Counted from the stretch's first letter, positions 1 through 11,997 are shown. The stretch is 64,000 bases of DNA from an uncultured Candidatus Peribacteria bacterium (GCA_964373065.1 CAYJSJ010000002.1:16903-80902); one strand, 5' to 3'. The notes: generated from the letters alone by a model not told the origin. Numbers and translations are program-made.

Positions 1-198
1 TCTCTTCATTATAGAGAGCTGGAAGCTCGTCAAAGTGAATTCGTACCTGTTGATCATTCTTCTGACAACGGCATTCAGAAGAGCAATGTAGGTGCATGAA
101 GAAGGGAGACCGATTCGCTAAAGTCAAAACGTAATACGGGATTATTTGTTTCCGTTCGCCCCGTAGTATTCCTCCGTGTCCATCGGTATAGTTCCGTT

Positions 199-614
199 GT
201 GGAGTTTTTCAAAGCAACCCTGTTGGCATATCCGTTTTCGGTTTGCGTTTTGGTGATGATTGTTTCCGAGATCGTGAAGCAATTGAATGAAGGGATGCGT
301 TTCGGTATGTGGTTCCGGCATGGCGGAATGCCCTCCAGCCACAGTGCATTCGTCACGTCTCTCATGATGGTGGTGGGAACATACGACGGTATGCGTTCCA
401 CGCTGTTTGCCGCATCCACGGTGCTTGTGCCGGCATCGTGTGGTACGACGCAGCTTTTGTACGCAAACAACTCGGGCAGCAGGCAAAAGCGCTTAATATC
501 CTGCAGCAATTTGAAGAATTTTCCGAACGTGTCGGGCACTCCGTTCTGGAGGTGGTGGGGGGAATTCTCTTGGGCGGAGTTCTGACATATTTCGTGCTGG
601 CCTACGTTGCCTAA
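199..614 (+). pseudogene. YuiD/DUF212-type divergent PAP2 membrane protein with a broken reading frame
   Basis: ORF 199-585 (GTG start) carries GGMPSSHSAFVTSL. ORF 309-614, in another frame, carries YDAAFVRKQLGQQAKALN and GHSVLEVVGGILLGG. These are the N- and C-terminal halves of one family. They join only with a 1-nt shift near 420-432. Confidence 0.7.
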
Positions 615-635
615 AGCGGTACACTGCTTCTTGCT

Positions 636-2063
636 ATGGCGCGACTTGCAGACATGCGGACGGATTTCCCCCAGTGGTACTTGGACGTCATTGCCGAGGC
701 GGATCTTGCTGAACATGCGGATGTAAAAGGATGCATAATTTTTAAACCCTACGGCTATGCCATCTGGGAGGCGATGCAACGTGACCTCGATCGTCGTATC
801 AAAGATCTTGGCGTTCAAAACGCTTATTTTCCGCTCTTCATACCGGAATCAATCATGGCAAAAGAGGCCAAGCATGTGGAGGGGTTTGCTCCGGAATGTG
901 CTGTCGTGACGCATGGCGGAGGAAAGGAGCTTGCGGAGAAGCTCTATGTTCGTCCGACGAGTGAAACCATCATCTACTCAACGTTTTCGCGATGGATTCA
1001 GTCGCACCGTGATCTTCCGCTCAAGATAAACCAATGGGCAAATGTCGTTCGTTGGGAGATGCGAACGCGCCCCTTTCTCCGCACGCTGGAGTTTCTCTGG
1101 CAGGAAGGACACACAGCGCACGCGACGAAAGAGGAGGCGGACGCCATGGCGCAGACGGCACTTACGATGTACACAGATTTCGACAGGGAGTCGCTTGCAC
1201 TGCCGGTCAAGAGCGGCAGGAAGCCCGATCACGATAGATTCGCCGGTGCACTCTACACGCTCACCACCGAAGCGCTTGCCAAGGACGGCAAAGCCATTCA
1301 GGCAGGGACGTCGCATAATCTCGGACAAGGGTTTTCGGAGTCCTACGATGTCTCCTTTCTCGACGCATCGGGATCAGCGCAGCGTCCGTGGATGACCAGC
1401 TGGGGTGTTTCTACGCGGCTGATCGGTACGATCATCGTGACACACGGCGACCAGAAGGGATTGCGCCTTCCTCCTTCCATCGCGCCGATTCAGGTGGTGG
1501 TGATTCCTATCTATAAAAGTGAGGAAGAGAAGAACAACGTTCTCACTGCAGCGTTAGGCATTTGTAAAAACCTCGGAGCGATTCGAGCGCGTCTGGATGA
1601 TCGGGATGAAAAATCTCCGGGATTTAAATTTAATGAGTGGGAAGTAAAGGGCGTTCCGCTGCGCATAGAAATCGGACCGAAGGATCTGGCTGCAACAAGC
1701 GTGACAGTCGTACGTCGCGATACCGGTGAGAAATCCGCTGTGCGGATTCACGACTGCACCGAAGAGAAGGTGCAAACGTTCCTTTATGATATTCAGGCAA
1801 ACTTATACGCTCAGGCGCATTCCTTTATGGAACATCACACGCATACGGTGGATTCCTATGATGCGTTACAAACGATTATCGACGGTGAAGGAGGATTTGT
1901 CTGGGCTCCGTGGGATGGAACGGAGAAAAGTGCGAGTACCGTGAAGCAGAAAACGAAAGCGACTATACGGCTCATAGATGAGAAAGCCGATGTTGCTGGC
2001 AAAAAAGACATCGTGTCCGGGGGCCAAGCTACAGTGATGGCACTGTATGCAAAGGCATACTAA
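636..2063 (+). CDS. proS: Prolyl-tRNA synthetase, archaeal/eukaryote-like type
   Basis: 475-aa ORF. N-terminus FPQWYLDVI..KGCIIFKPYGYAIWE and the overall layout match class II ProRS without the bacterial insertion (editing) domain. Confidence 0.93.
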   Translation: MARLADMRTDFPQWYLDVIAEADLAEHADVKGCIIFKPYGYAIWEAMQRDLDRRIKDLGVQNAYFPLFIPESIMAKEAKHVEGFAPECAVVTHGGGKELAEKLYVRPTSETIIYSTFSRWIQSHRDLPLKINQWANVVRWEMRTRPFLRTLEFLWQEGHTAHATKEEADAMAQTALTMYTDFDRESLALPVKSGRKPDHDRFAGALYTLTTEALAKDGKAIQAGTSHNLGQGFSESYDVSFLDASGSAQRPWMTSWGVSTRLIGTIIVTHGDQKGLRLPPSIAPIQVVVIPIYKSEEEKNNVLTAALGICKNLGAIRARLDDRDEKSPGFKFNEWEVKGVPLRIEIGPKDLAATSVTVVRRDTGEKSAVRIHDCTEEKVQTFLYDIQANLYAQAHSFMEHHTHTVDSYDALQTIIDGEGGFVWAPWDGTEKSASTVKQKTKATIRLIDEKADVAGKKDIVSGGQATVMALYAKAY

Positions 2064-2120
2064 ACGAATGACCAATTGCACGTTGTTCATTTGCCATCAT
2101 TCCTTTATACTGGGTCCGTC

Positions 2121-2546
2121 ATGAAAAAGCTCTCCCTTCTCCTCGGTACGCTCGGCGGCGGACTCGCCGGATATCTCTTTTCCAATACGAAGCTTAGAAA
2201 TCAGCTGGCAAATGCCAAAGATGCAGAGCATGCGGCCAGGTTACTCGGTGTGCATCTTCAGAAGGATGGCAAGAAACTCGCGAAACAGATTCAGGAGTTC
2301 ATCGAAAGCGAAGAGGTGCAGAAGAATGTGCAAAAGGCAAAGCAATTTGCCAAAAAGACCATGGACGATGCCCGCCATGAGCTGGATTCCGCATTGAGGA
2401 GGGGCTCTACCGAGGTGCGCAAGGCGGTCGGTAATACTGCTAGAAAAGCGAAATCGAAGGCAGGGGCAGCCATAAAGAGTGCGAAAAGCAAAGCGCGATC
2501 GGTATCGCGGCGCGTGAAGACGAATGTCCGAAGACTCTCTTCATAG
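2121..2546 (+). CDS. YtxH-like small membrane-anchored, lysine-rich protein
   Basis: ATG at 2121 gives MKKLSLLLGTLGGGLAGYLF (a TM segment) followed by a charged helical tail. The upstream part of the track ORF (2076) is probably not translated. Confidence 0.6.
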   Translation: MKKLSLLLGTLGGGLAGYLFSNTKLRNQLANAKDAEHAARLLGVHLQKDGKKLAKQIQEFIESEEVQKNVQKAKQFAKKTMDDARHELDSALRRGSTEVRKAVGNTARKAKSKAGAAIKSAKSKARSVSRRVKTNVRRLSS

Positions 2547-2645
2547 GCTGCATCCTGGAAGAAAAGGTCGGTAATGTTGTGAAAGACTTGCAATGATGCT
2601 ACGGTTGCCTTACGTTATATCCCTTTATTTCCTTAGCTCGTACCT

Positions 2646-3161
2646 ATGAAGACTACACGCTTTCTGCTCTCGGCTGCATCAGCACTGACTGTGCTCGCTG
2701 GTAGCGCAACCCCCGCTCTCGCCTATCGACGCGATGCACCTCCTATCCCTACGACGACGCTCCGTCAGAGTTCGGAGATTCGTGAGCTGTATGCAGACTC
2801 CTTTGCGTCCATACTTTCTCTTTCCAAGATGTACCGTGGTGAATCCGCTTTGGATACGACCGGTCGTTCCATGCTTTCGCGCGGACAGATACGTACTGCT
2901 CAACGCAATTACCGCCGCCATGTCCTCGGGTATCTGCGTGGAGTGGATTATCGCATCCTCAACGTTTCCGGTTATATGCGTGGAAACATGAATGCCACAG
3001 GCGACCTTCCGTTTAGCCTCGTGCAAACGGGCGGAGGTGATAACTTCGGTGACTGGCAATGGGATCGTCCGACACGCCGTGATATTCGCGAGAACAACAT
3101 GTACCGTATTGATAACCGTGATCGCAATATTCTTGAGGAACGCAACTCCAGTTCTCGGTAA
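2646..3161 (+). CDS. Secreted hypothetical protein
   Basis: 171-aa ORF with signal-peptide-like N-terminus MKTTRFLLSAASALTVLAGSATPALA. No recognisable family. Confidence 0.55.
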   Translation: MKTTRFLLSAASALTVLAGSATPALAYRRDAPPIPTTTLRQSSEIRELYADSFASILSLSKMYRGESALDTTGRSMLSRGQIRTAQRNYRRHVLGYLRGVDYRILNVSGYMRGNMNATGDLPFSLVQTGGGDNFGDWQWDRPTRRDIRENNMYRIDNRDRNILEERNSSSR

Positions 3162-3236
3162 TATCATTTTTTCTTTGCCTCTGGCAAGAAGCGGGAAGCT
3201 CCTCTACACTTCTGTGGAATTTTCCCGCTTCTTCCA

Positions 3237-5336
3237 ATGTATCTTCCCGTCTATCCTCTCTTTGAAGACGCATTCAGCAACGCTCTCGTTACCGTGCTCT
3301 CCGCCGGCGCTCTCGCGCTTCTGACGGCGTTCATGTTTCGCATCCTCATAGGACTACGCAGTGCCGGTACCGAGAAAATGCAGGCCATCGCACGTCAGGT
3401 ACGTATAGGTGCCATGGCATTTTTACGTCGTGAATACAGAGTCATCTTCCTCTTCGTCCTCGTTGTCGGCGGGCTTCTCTACGTATTCCTTGATACGGGC
3501 ATCTTTCGTGCGCAGGCCGGGCTCTGGAGCCTGCCGGTGACATCCGGAAGTTTTGCTCTGGGTGCCTTTTGTTCGGTGCTTGCAGGGTTTATAGGTATGC
3601 GGACGGCCACTATTGCCAATGTGCGAACGACTCAAGCTGCACGCACCAGCCTCGGCGAGGCGCTTCGCATCGCTTTTTTGAGCGGGGCTACGATGGGTCT
3701 TTCGGTTGTCGGGCTGGGCGTTATCGGCCTAGTCGGAGCCATGCTGTACCTCATCCAAGAAATGGCGTTATCGCTTCCGGAAACTTTGCAGGCACTGACA
3801 GGGTTTTCCTTCGGTGCGTCATCCGTTGCCCTCTTTGCCCGTGTGGGGGGAGGCATCTACACCAAAGCTGCCGATGTCGGTGCCGACCTCGTGGGCAAGG
3901 TGGAGGCGGGTATTCCAGAAGATGATCCTAGGAATCCCGCGGTGATCGCCGATAACGTCGGCGATAACGTCGGCGACGTCGCCGGCATGGGTGCGGATCT
4001 GTTTGAAAGCTACGTCGGTTCCATTCTTGCCGCCATGCTCATCGGCATGACGACACAGTGGGGCAGTGTGGAGACTGCCGTTCTCTTTCCTCTCTATATT
4101 GCGGCACTCGGTATCGTAGCTTCCATTGTTGGTACGTTTGCGGTGCGGACAGGCAAGGGAAGCACCAACATTCACTCTGCGCTTAAAAATGGACTCTTTC
4201 TCGCATCTGCGATCGTGGTAGCGGGTACGTTCTTCCTTGCAAATACCATGCTTCCTCAGGGTGTCTGGTTTGGCGTGTTTGTCTCCATGGTCGTCGGACT
4301 TGTCGCCGGTCTTATCATCGGTCTTCTTACCGAGTATTACACGTCCGGAGAGTATGCACCGGTCAGGAAACTCGCCAATTCCTGCAAGACGGGTGCTGCG
4401 ACGAACATCATTGCAGGCCTTGCGCTCGGGTACAGCTCCACCTTTCTTCCCGTCATCTTTATCGTCTCTGCCATAGGAATTTCTTACCAGCAGGCTGGTC
4501 TCTACGGTATCGCCATAGCGGCCGTTGGTATGCTTTCAACACTCGGTATCTCACTCGCAGTAGATGCGTACGGACCTGTGGCCGATAACGCAGGGGGACT
4601 TGCGGAAATGGCCGCATTGCCGAAATCCGTACGCACACGGACGGATGCGCTCGATGCTGCAGGCAATACCACAGCTGCAATCGGTAAAGGCTTTGCCATC
4701 GGTTCCGCCGCTCTCACAGCACTCGCCCTTTTTGCCGCATTCACCGAGGCAGCGCATCTCCGTGCCATCAATCTCGTGAACCCTTCCACGCTCATCGGTC
4801 TCTTCATCGGCGGTACGTTGCCGTATGTGTTTTCCGCCATGACGATGAATGCCGTCGGCCGCGCCGCATTCTCTATGATTGAGGAAGTGCGCAGGCAGTT
4901 CAAAGAGATCAAAGGACTCATGGAAGGCAAGGCAGAGGGCGATTCCGCGCGTTGCGTGGATATTGCAACGAAGGCTGCCATTCGTGAGATGGTGGTCCCA
5001 GGTCTCATGGCCGTTTCCTCTCCGGTCGTTGTGGGTTTGGTCCTTGGGTCTGAAGCGCTCGGCGGTCTTCTGGCCGGTTCACTTGTCACAGGTGTGCTGC
5101 TTGCGATCTCTATGGCGAATTCCGGCGGCGCATGGGATAATGCCAAGAAGTACATAGAAGCTGGAAACCTCGGTGGAAAAGGTTCCGATCCGCACAAGGC
5201 GGCTGTGGTGGGCGACACCGTGGGGGACCCTTTCAAAGATACCTCCGGTCCATCCATCAACATCCTCATCAAGCTGATGACGATCGTCTCCGTTCTGACG
5301 GTGGGGCTCTATTCAGCGAATGGGTTGATTGGGTGA
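3237..5336 (+). CDS. hppA: Membrane-bound proton/sodium-translocating pyrophosphatase
   Basis: 699-aa polytopic ORF with H+-PPase signatures: [44 protein letters not shown]. Confidence 0.95.
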   Translation: MYLPVYPLFEDAFSNALVTVLSAGALALLTAFMFRILIGLRSAGTEKMQAIARQVRIGAMAFLRREYRVIFLFVLVVGGLLYVFLDTGIFRAQAGLWSLPVTSGSFALGAFCSVLAGFIGMRTATIANVRTTQAARTSLGEALRIAFLSGATMGLSVVGLGVIGLVGAMLYLIQEMALSLPETLQALTGFSFGASSVALFARVGGGIYTKAADVGADLVGKVEAGIPEDDPRNPAVIADNVGDNVGDVAGMGADLFESYVGSILAAMLIGMTTQWGSVETAVLFPLYIAALGIVASIVGTFAVRTGKGSTNIHSALKNGLFLASAIVVAGTFFLANTMLPQGVWFGVFVSMVVGLVAGLIIGLLTEYYTSGEYAPVRKLANSCKTGAATNIIAGLALGYSSTFLPVIFIVSAIGISYQQAGLYGIAIAAVGMLSTLGISLAVDAYGPVADNAGGLAEMAALPKSVRTRTDALDAAGNTTAAIGKGFAIGSAALTALALFAAFTEAAHLRAINLVNPSTLIGLFIGGTLPYVFSAMTMNAVGRAAFSMIEEVRRQFKEIKGLMEGKAEGDSARCVDIATKAAIREMVVPGLMAVSSPVVVGLVLGSEALGGLLAGSLVTGVLLAISMANSGGAWDNAKKYIEAGNLGGKGSDPHKAAVVGDTVGDPFKDTSGPSINILIKLMTIVSVLTVGLYSANGLIG

Positions 5337-5437
5337 TTTTCTTTGGTACAAAGTTTTGTTGGTTTTGAGATTGGGTGGGGAGCCCTTGACTGACTGGGTT
5401 AGCGGGGTATCTTGCGTGTAAGATTTTCTTCATTGCA

Positions 5438-5749
5438 ATGCCTTATTTTTCTCGCTCTGAATCACCAGCAGTATCGGAAATGCATTCAGAGTCTCTTGAT
5501 GATGTCCTCGATGGTCTTGCAGAAGAAATGACAATATATTTGTTGAATGACCGCGATACTGATGAAGTGTGGGAAACCGAGAATGGATTGCGCGCTATTA
5601 TTCGAGCGCATCTTTCTGAGATTCTTCCTACATTGCACACGGACAAAGCAGGAGGGGAACGGAATTTTGATATTCGCAGAGACATGAGAAGGAAAGTAAA
5701 AAATGGTTTCCTCGAAGATGTACGGCAACGGGTGACTTTGAAGAAATAG
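5438..5749 (+). CDS. Hypothetical acidic protein
   Basis: 103-aa ORF in an otherwise empty gap with coding-like composition. No family recognised. Confidence 0.4.
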   Translation: MPYFSRSESPAVSEMHSESLDDVLDGLAEEMTIYLLNDRDTDEVWETENGLRAIIRAHLSEILPTLHTDKAGGERNFDIRRDMRRKVKNGFLEDVRQRVTLKK

Positions 5750-7537
<1,788 letters not shown>

Positions 7538-7580
7538 TAGGGGAGGTTCTGCTGGGGCAGAGAACTGGATTTTGCGCGTT

Positions 7581-7611
7581 CCTAAGCTCTAAACTCTAAA
7601 TCCTAAACAAA
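7581..7611. repeat. Left arm of inverted repeat flanking the four-helix-bundle ORF (ctaaatc word family, 7-nt period)
   Basis: cctaagctctaaactctaaatcctaaacaaa. Bases 7595-7611 (tctaaatcctaaacaaa) are the exact reverse complement of 8064-8080. Confidence 0.85.
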
Positions 7612-7662
7612 TCACAATTTTTTAATGTTTCAATCTATTGTAGAGACAAGCAATATTTCTGT

Positions 7663-8031
7663 ATGGCACCTATCGCACACAATTATGATTTGGAAGAACG
7701 GACAAAGAATTTTGTGAAAAGCATTCGAGATTTTATTAAACCTCTCCCTCGATCAGTGTCCAATTTTGAATATGTAAAACAGTTGGTTCGCTCATCGGGG
7801 TCAGTTGCAGCAAATTACATCGAAGCAAACGAAGCATTGAGTAAAAAAGATTTTTTAATGCGTATTAAAATATGTCGAAAGGAGGCAAAAGAAACAAGTT
7901 TATGGCTTGATGTACTAGAGACCGGAAACAGTCCGATGCTTCATCAGCAATGCAAAGTTCTCTATGAAGAATCTCGTGCATTTTGTCGTATTTTTGGGGC
8001 AATTGTTACCAATGCGACACGAGGAAAATAA
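7663..8031 (+). CDS. Four-helix-bundle protein (23S rRNA intervening-sequence protein family)
   Basis: 122-aa ORF with family-typical segments: LPRSVSNFEYVKQLVRSSGSVAANYIEANEA, FLMRIKICRKEAKETSLWLDVL. Visibly AT-richer than its neighbours. Confidence 0.85.
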   Translation: MAPIAHNYDLEERTKNFVKSIRDFIKPLPRSVSNFEYVKQLVRSSGSVAANYIEANEALSKKDFLMRIKICRKEAKETSLWLDVLETGNSPMLHQQCKVLYEESRAFCRIFGAIVTNATRGK

Positions 8032-8063
8032 GTACTACTACTTTGATCATTGGTATTTGGTTT

Positions 8064-8095
8064 TTTGTTTAGGATTTAGATATTAGAATTTAGCA
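8064..8095. repeat. Right arm of inverted repeat flanking the four-helix-bundle ORF
   Basis: tttgtttaggatttagatattagaatttagca. Bases 8064-8080 are the exact reverse complement of 7595-7611. Confidence 0.85.
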
Positions 8096-8119
8096 TTTCT
8101 CCTGCTATTCTGATCCCAG

Positions 8120-8854
8120 ATGTCCTTGCTTTCCCTCATCGACGTTTCTCTCTCCATTCAGGAGCACCAAATCCTGAACAACATTTCGTTCGAAGTGGAA
8201 GAAGGTCAGGTCATCGGCCTCATCGGTCCGAATGGTTCAGGCAAGACCACACTTTTCAATGTGATTTCCGGATTCCTGCAGTCGACCGGCGGCTCGATCA
8301 TCTTTCGGGGAGAAGATATTGCGAAGGTTTCCCCTTCAACACGCGCAAACATGGGGATCGGACGCGTATTCCAAAACTTCGGCATCTTCCGTGAGATGAC
8401 ATTGGAGGAGAATGTACTGGTCGCACTGGAGGCACTGCCCAAAGAACAGCGCAAGGCACTTGGAAACTTCGGAGACGTCGTCGATGCGACACTCGACATG
8501 GTCGGTCTTTCCTCGTTTGGAAAAGCAAAAGCTGGTTCGCTCTCCGGTGGGCAGATGCGTCTGCTTGAAATCGCAAGAACGCTGAAATCCGGCAAAGAAC
8601 TCTTTTTGCTGGATGAACCGACGGCGGGTGTGAGCCCCAAGATGACGGGTCAGGTTGCAAAGATCATCAGGGAACTTAAGGAGAAGGGGAAGACAGTGCT
8701 CATTATAGAGCACGATCTTCCGTTCATCGCGAGCATCTGCGATGTGGTGGTGGTGCTGGACCTCGGACAAGTGGTGCTGCAGGGCATGCCTGCGGAAGTG
8801 AAACAGAGCAAGGTATTGCAGGAAATATACTTTGGTGCGGATCCAACGAGCTAA
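8120..8854 (+). CDS. livG: ABC transporter ATP-binding protein, LivG-like (branched-chain amino acid type)
   Basis: Walker A GPNGSGKTT, GIGRVFQNF, signature LSGGQMRLLEIAR, Walker B LFLLDEP. Confidence 0.88.
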   Translation: MSLLSLIDVSLSIQEHQILNNISFEVEEGQVIGLIGPNGSGKTTLFNVISGFLQSTGGSIIFRGEDIAKVSPSTRANMGIGRVFQNFGIFREMTLEENVLVALEALPKEQRKALGNFGDVVDATLDMVGLSSFGKAKAGSLSGGQMRLLEIARTLKSGKELFLLDEPTAGVSPKMTGQVAKIIRELKEKGKTVLIIEHDLPFIASICDVVVVLDLGQVVLQGMPAEVKQSKVLQEIYFGADPTS

Positions 8855-8914
8855 GTACTTGCCCCTAACCCATTTTTCTTGCACACTGTCTTCCTGATTT
8901 CCTCTTTTCCATTT

Positions 8915-10030
8915 ATGAAAAAGCTTATCGCATGTCTTTCGGTTCTTGGGGTATTGCTCGCCTCCTGCGCTCCTGTTGCCAATGATGGAACGGGACCTAT
9001 TAAAATCGGATTCATCGGGCCGCTGACGGGTGATGCCGCTGCTTACGGTGTCGATACCCTGAACGGCGTTCAGCTTAAGATTGAGGAACTCAATGCTAAG
9101 GGAGGTGTGAACGGTCGACAGATAGCACTCATTGCCGAAGACGGTCGTTGTACGGGAACCGATGCGGCGTCAGCAGCCCAAAAACTGGTGAACGTCGACA
9201 AAGTGGTTGCGATTGTTGGTGGTCAGTGTAGCGGTGAAACGCTTGCAGCAGCTCCTATTTCCGAGTCCGCCGGTGTTGTGCAGATGTCCCCATTAAGTTC
9301 AAGTCCAGACGTCACAAACGCGGGTGATTTTATCTTTCGCGATTATCCGAGTGATGCGTTGAAAACGAAGGCAATGGCCAAGTACTTCAAGGATGAAGGT
9401 TTGGCGAAAGTTGCCGTGATTACAGAGAACACCGACTTTGCTCAGGGGTTCCGCACTTCTCTGAAGAAGGATTTTGGCGATTTCATTTTTGATGAGGTTG
9501 TGGAGCCCGGTACGAAGGACTATCGCTCGCTTGTCACAAGACTCAAGAATTCCGATTTCGATGTTTTCCTGGCAAACGGCCAATCGCCCGCGACAATCGT
9601 TGCGATGACGATGCAGCTTCGTGAGCAGGGACTCGAGCAGACGGTTATTACGCATGATGCCGGGCAGGCTCAGGATACGATTACGGTTGGTGGTACCGCT
9701 GTGGAAGGCCTCCTTGCGATCAATGTCCCATCACTCGGAGATACAACCGCCTTCGGTACGGCATATCTTGCAAAATACGGTGCTCCACAGTCCTCCCTAG
9801 CATTTGCCGGTCATGCCTACGATGCCATGGGTATTTTGGCTCAGGCCATCGGAGCAGTCGGAACGGATGGAACTAAAATCCGCGACTATCTCTACGATCT
9901 GCCCTCGTACGAAGGTATCGTTGGTGATATCAGTTTTGATGACAACGGCGATGTTGTTGGTGTCAATTACAAACTGATTGAGGTGAAGCAGGGAGCATGG
10001 GTCGAACTGCAGGACATGGTGGTCGAATAG
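8915..10030 (+). CDS. ABC substrate-binding lipoprotein, Leu/Ile/Val-binding (type 1 PBP) family
   Basis: ATG at 8915 gives MKKLIACLSVLGVLLASC (lipobox). IKIGFIGPLTGDAAAYG and the overall pattern are typical of LivJ/K-like binding proteins. Confidence 0.88.
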   Translation: MKKLIACLSVLGVLLASCAPVANDGTGPIKIGFIGPLTGDAAAYGVDTLNGVQLKIEELNAKGGVNGRQIALIAEDGRCTGTDAASAAQKLVNVDKVVAIVGGQCSGETLAAAPISESAGVVQMSPLSSSPDVTNAGDFIFRDYPSDALKTKAMAKYFKDEGLAKVAVITENTDFAQGFRTSLKKDFGDFIFDEVVEPGTKDYRSLVTRLKNSDFDVFLANGQSPATIVAMTMQLREQGLEQTVITHDAGQAQDTITVGGTAVEGLLAINVPSLGDTTAFGTAYLAKYGAPQSSLAFAGHAYDAMGILAQAIGAVGTDGTKIRDYLYDLPSYEGIVGDISFDDNGDVVGVNYKLIEVKQGAWVELQDMVVE

Positions 10031-10054
10031 ACCGTCTTCCATTATCCTATTAAC

Positions 10055-10933
10055 GTGCAATTTCTCTGGAACGGACTTGTCGCCGGATCGCTTGCAGCCC
10101 TCGTTGCTGCAGGTCTTGCTCTTGTTTACGGTGTTCTCGGTGTCTTCAATCTGGCACTCGGACAATTGGTGCTCATAGGCGGATATTGTACGTGGTGGTT
10201 TTACCAAGTCGTCGGTCTTCCGTTATCGCTTTCGATTGTTGGTGGCTTGGCGGTAGGTGGAATTGTGACATGGATCACGTTTGAGATATTTGTGAATCCG
10301 TTCTATAAGCATCATCGTTTTCTGCCGCTGGTCACCACCATTGCACTCAGTATGATTCTCGATGCACTCATTCTTCTGCTCTTCGGAGAACGATCCAGAA
10401 GTATTCTGTCACGGGCTAAGGAACCAATTTTCATTCATTCTCTCGCCATCACTGTGGAACAGATTGTTTTGATTCTCGTGACACTCGCAACACTCCTTGC
10501 TTTCGCCTACATCTTCCACTCCACCGCATTCGGACGCCGCATCCGCGCTGTCGTGCAGCATGATCACGCCGCGCTCAGTCTTGGAATCAATGCACCCATG
10601 CTCCACCGCTTTATTTTCATTTTGAGTGGAATCTTTGCTGCGGCGGGCGGCATCTTCATCGGCATCGACCAGAATCTGACGCCAGTGTTTGCGTTCCCGC
10701 TCACCATCAAAGCCTACGCTGCGATCATCGCAGGAGGAAAGGGAAATTTTTGGGGTGCCATTCTCTGCGCGTACATCATCGCGCTCCTCGAGCAGCTTGT
10801 CGTCGGTGTGCATTGGTTCGGGCGCTTCTACATTTCTGCTGGGTACCAGCAGACGGTTGCGCTTGTTTTCATCATTGCTTTCCTGCTCCTGCGTCCGCAG
10901 GGACTTTTTGCCCATACCAAACGCACTGCATGA
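10055..10933 (+). CDS. livH: Branched-chain amino acid ABC permease, LivH-like
   Basis: 292-aa polytopic ORF (GTG start) with the LivH-type N-terminus LVAGSLAALVAAGLALVYGVLGVFNLALGQ. Confidence 0.88.
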   Translation: MQFLWNGLVAGSLAALVAAGLALVYGVLGVFNLALGQLVLIGGYCTWWFYQVVGLPLSLSIVGGLAVGGIVTWITFEIFVNPFYKHHRFLPLVTTIALSMILDALILLLFGERSRSILSRAKEPIFIHSLAITVEQIVLILVTLATLLAFAYIFHSTAFGRRIRAVVQHDHAALSLGINAPMLHRFIFILSGIFAAAGGIFIGIDQNLTPVFAFPLTIKAYAAIIAGGKGNFWGAILCAYIIALLEQLVVGVHWFGRFYISAGYQQTVALVFIIAFLLLRPQGLFAHTKRTA

Positions 10934-11787
10934 TGGATTTCCTTCTTCACATTGTCGTTCTTATCGGCATCTGGCTTCCATCGGTTCTTGCATACAACCT
11001 TCTTTTCGGTAAAGGTAAGATTCTACATTTTGGCCCCGTTGGTACATCGCTTGTGGTTGCCTATGCCATTGTCATCACACTCAAGAGCACAGAGAGTTTT
11101 CTCCTCGCAGGGATCGTCGGTCTCCTTTTTGCAGTCATCCTCTCCGCGCTCTTTGCGTGGCTTTCGCTCCGTCTCGATCCCGACGGGCTCGGTGTAATGT
11201 CCATTGCCGTGCACCTTGCGCTGCTCGCCGTCATCCTCAATTGGAACAGTCTTACGCGAGGAGCACTCGGTATTCCGCACGTTCCGCGACCGCCGTTTCT
11301 GGATTCCGTCCTCGATTTTGCCATTGCATCAGCGATCCTGTGCACCTTTTCCGTTGCGGTGATTTGGTGGATTGACCGCAGCCGTCTCGGCAGGCAGCTC
11401 GAGGCGCTCGCCGAGCACGAGTGGCACGCGAAAAGCTTGGGAATCAACCGCACGGTCGTGCATTTTGCTGCCTTCCTCATCTGTGGCGTGAGCAGTGTAG
11501 TTACCAATCTTCTTTTTTTACCTTACGTGACGCTACTGCACCCCAATGATTACCAATTCCCCGCGTTCGTTTTCTGGATCATGCTTGTCGTCGCGGGAAA
11601 ACCGGGGAGTGTCTTCGGTGTCGCCATTTCCACAATCGCATTGATTACCCTCAAAGAAGCAATCCGCTTCATTCCGCTTGCACCATCCGTGCTCGGCCCC
11701 GTGCGCTTGCTCCTCTTCGGTGTCATTCTCTTCGTAGCCGTTTGGTACCGTCGTGATTGTCTTTTCCCCAAACAAAGGATTGTTTAA
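10930..11787 (+). CDS. livM: Branched-chain amino acid ABC permease, LivM-like
   Basis: The ATG at 10930 overlaps the livH stop (ATGATG). From MMDFLLHIVVLIGIW the ORF is polytopic and LivM-like. The 60 codons upstream in the track ORF overlap livH and are rejected. Confidence 0.85.
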   Translation: MMDFLLHIVVLIGIWLPSVLAYNLLFGKGKILHFGPVGTSLVVAYAIVITLKSTESFLLAGIVGLLFAVILSALFAWLSLRLDPDGLGVMSIAVHLALLAVILNWNSLTRGALGIPHVPRPPFLDSVLDFAIASAILCTFSVAVIWWIDRSRLGRQLEALAEHEWHAKSLGINRTVVHFAAFLICGVSSVVTNLLFLPYVTLLHPNDYQFPAFVFWIMLVVAGKPGSVFGVAISTIALITLKEAIRFIPLAPSVLGPVRLLLFGVILFVAVWYRRDCLFPKQRIV

Positions 11788-11838
11788 GTAGTACTGTTCA
11801 TCGTTTTCATCCGGAATGAATTCCTGCATAGTTGCAGC

Positions 11839-11868
11839 GTTAGCCGACGGTTTAAACCGCCGGCTAAC
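11839..11868. repeat. REP-like hairpin element, copy 1
   Basis: gttagccgacggtttaaaccgccggctaac: a 12-bp stem with one mismatch. A near-identical element occurs at 21098-21127. Confidence 0.7.
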
Positions 11869-11997
11869 GAGCAGATACACAGGCGAATTCATTCGCCAGT
11901 GGGCTTACTGTTGCTGTACGGTAGAGATTATTTTTCTGGTGTTTTCTCATGAACATCTGTATGGCGGTACAGCGTTTGATGCGCTAGGATAAGCGGT

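Noticed and set aside
75-818. 247-aa minus-strand ORF at the window start
   Set aside because: It is antisense to the YuiD-like gene and to the proS start, and no family is recognisable.
10750-10929. N-terminal extensions of track ORFs (livM 10750; also pyrK 14508, dtd 46229, tig 50436, lexA 40865, purP 61493)
   Set aside because: The extensions overlap upstream genes or repeat tracts and are Arg/Cys/Ser-rich. Internal ATG codons give N-termini that match the respective families.
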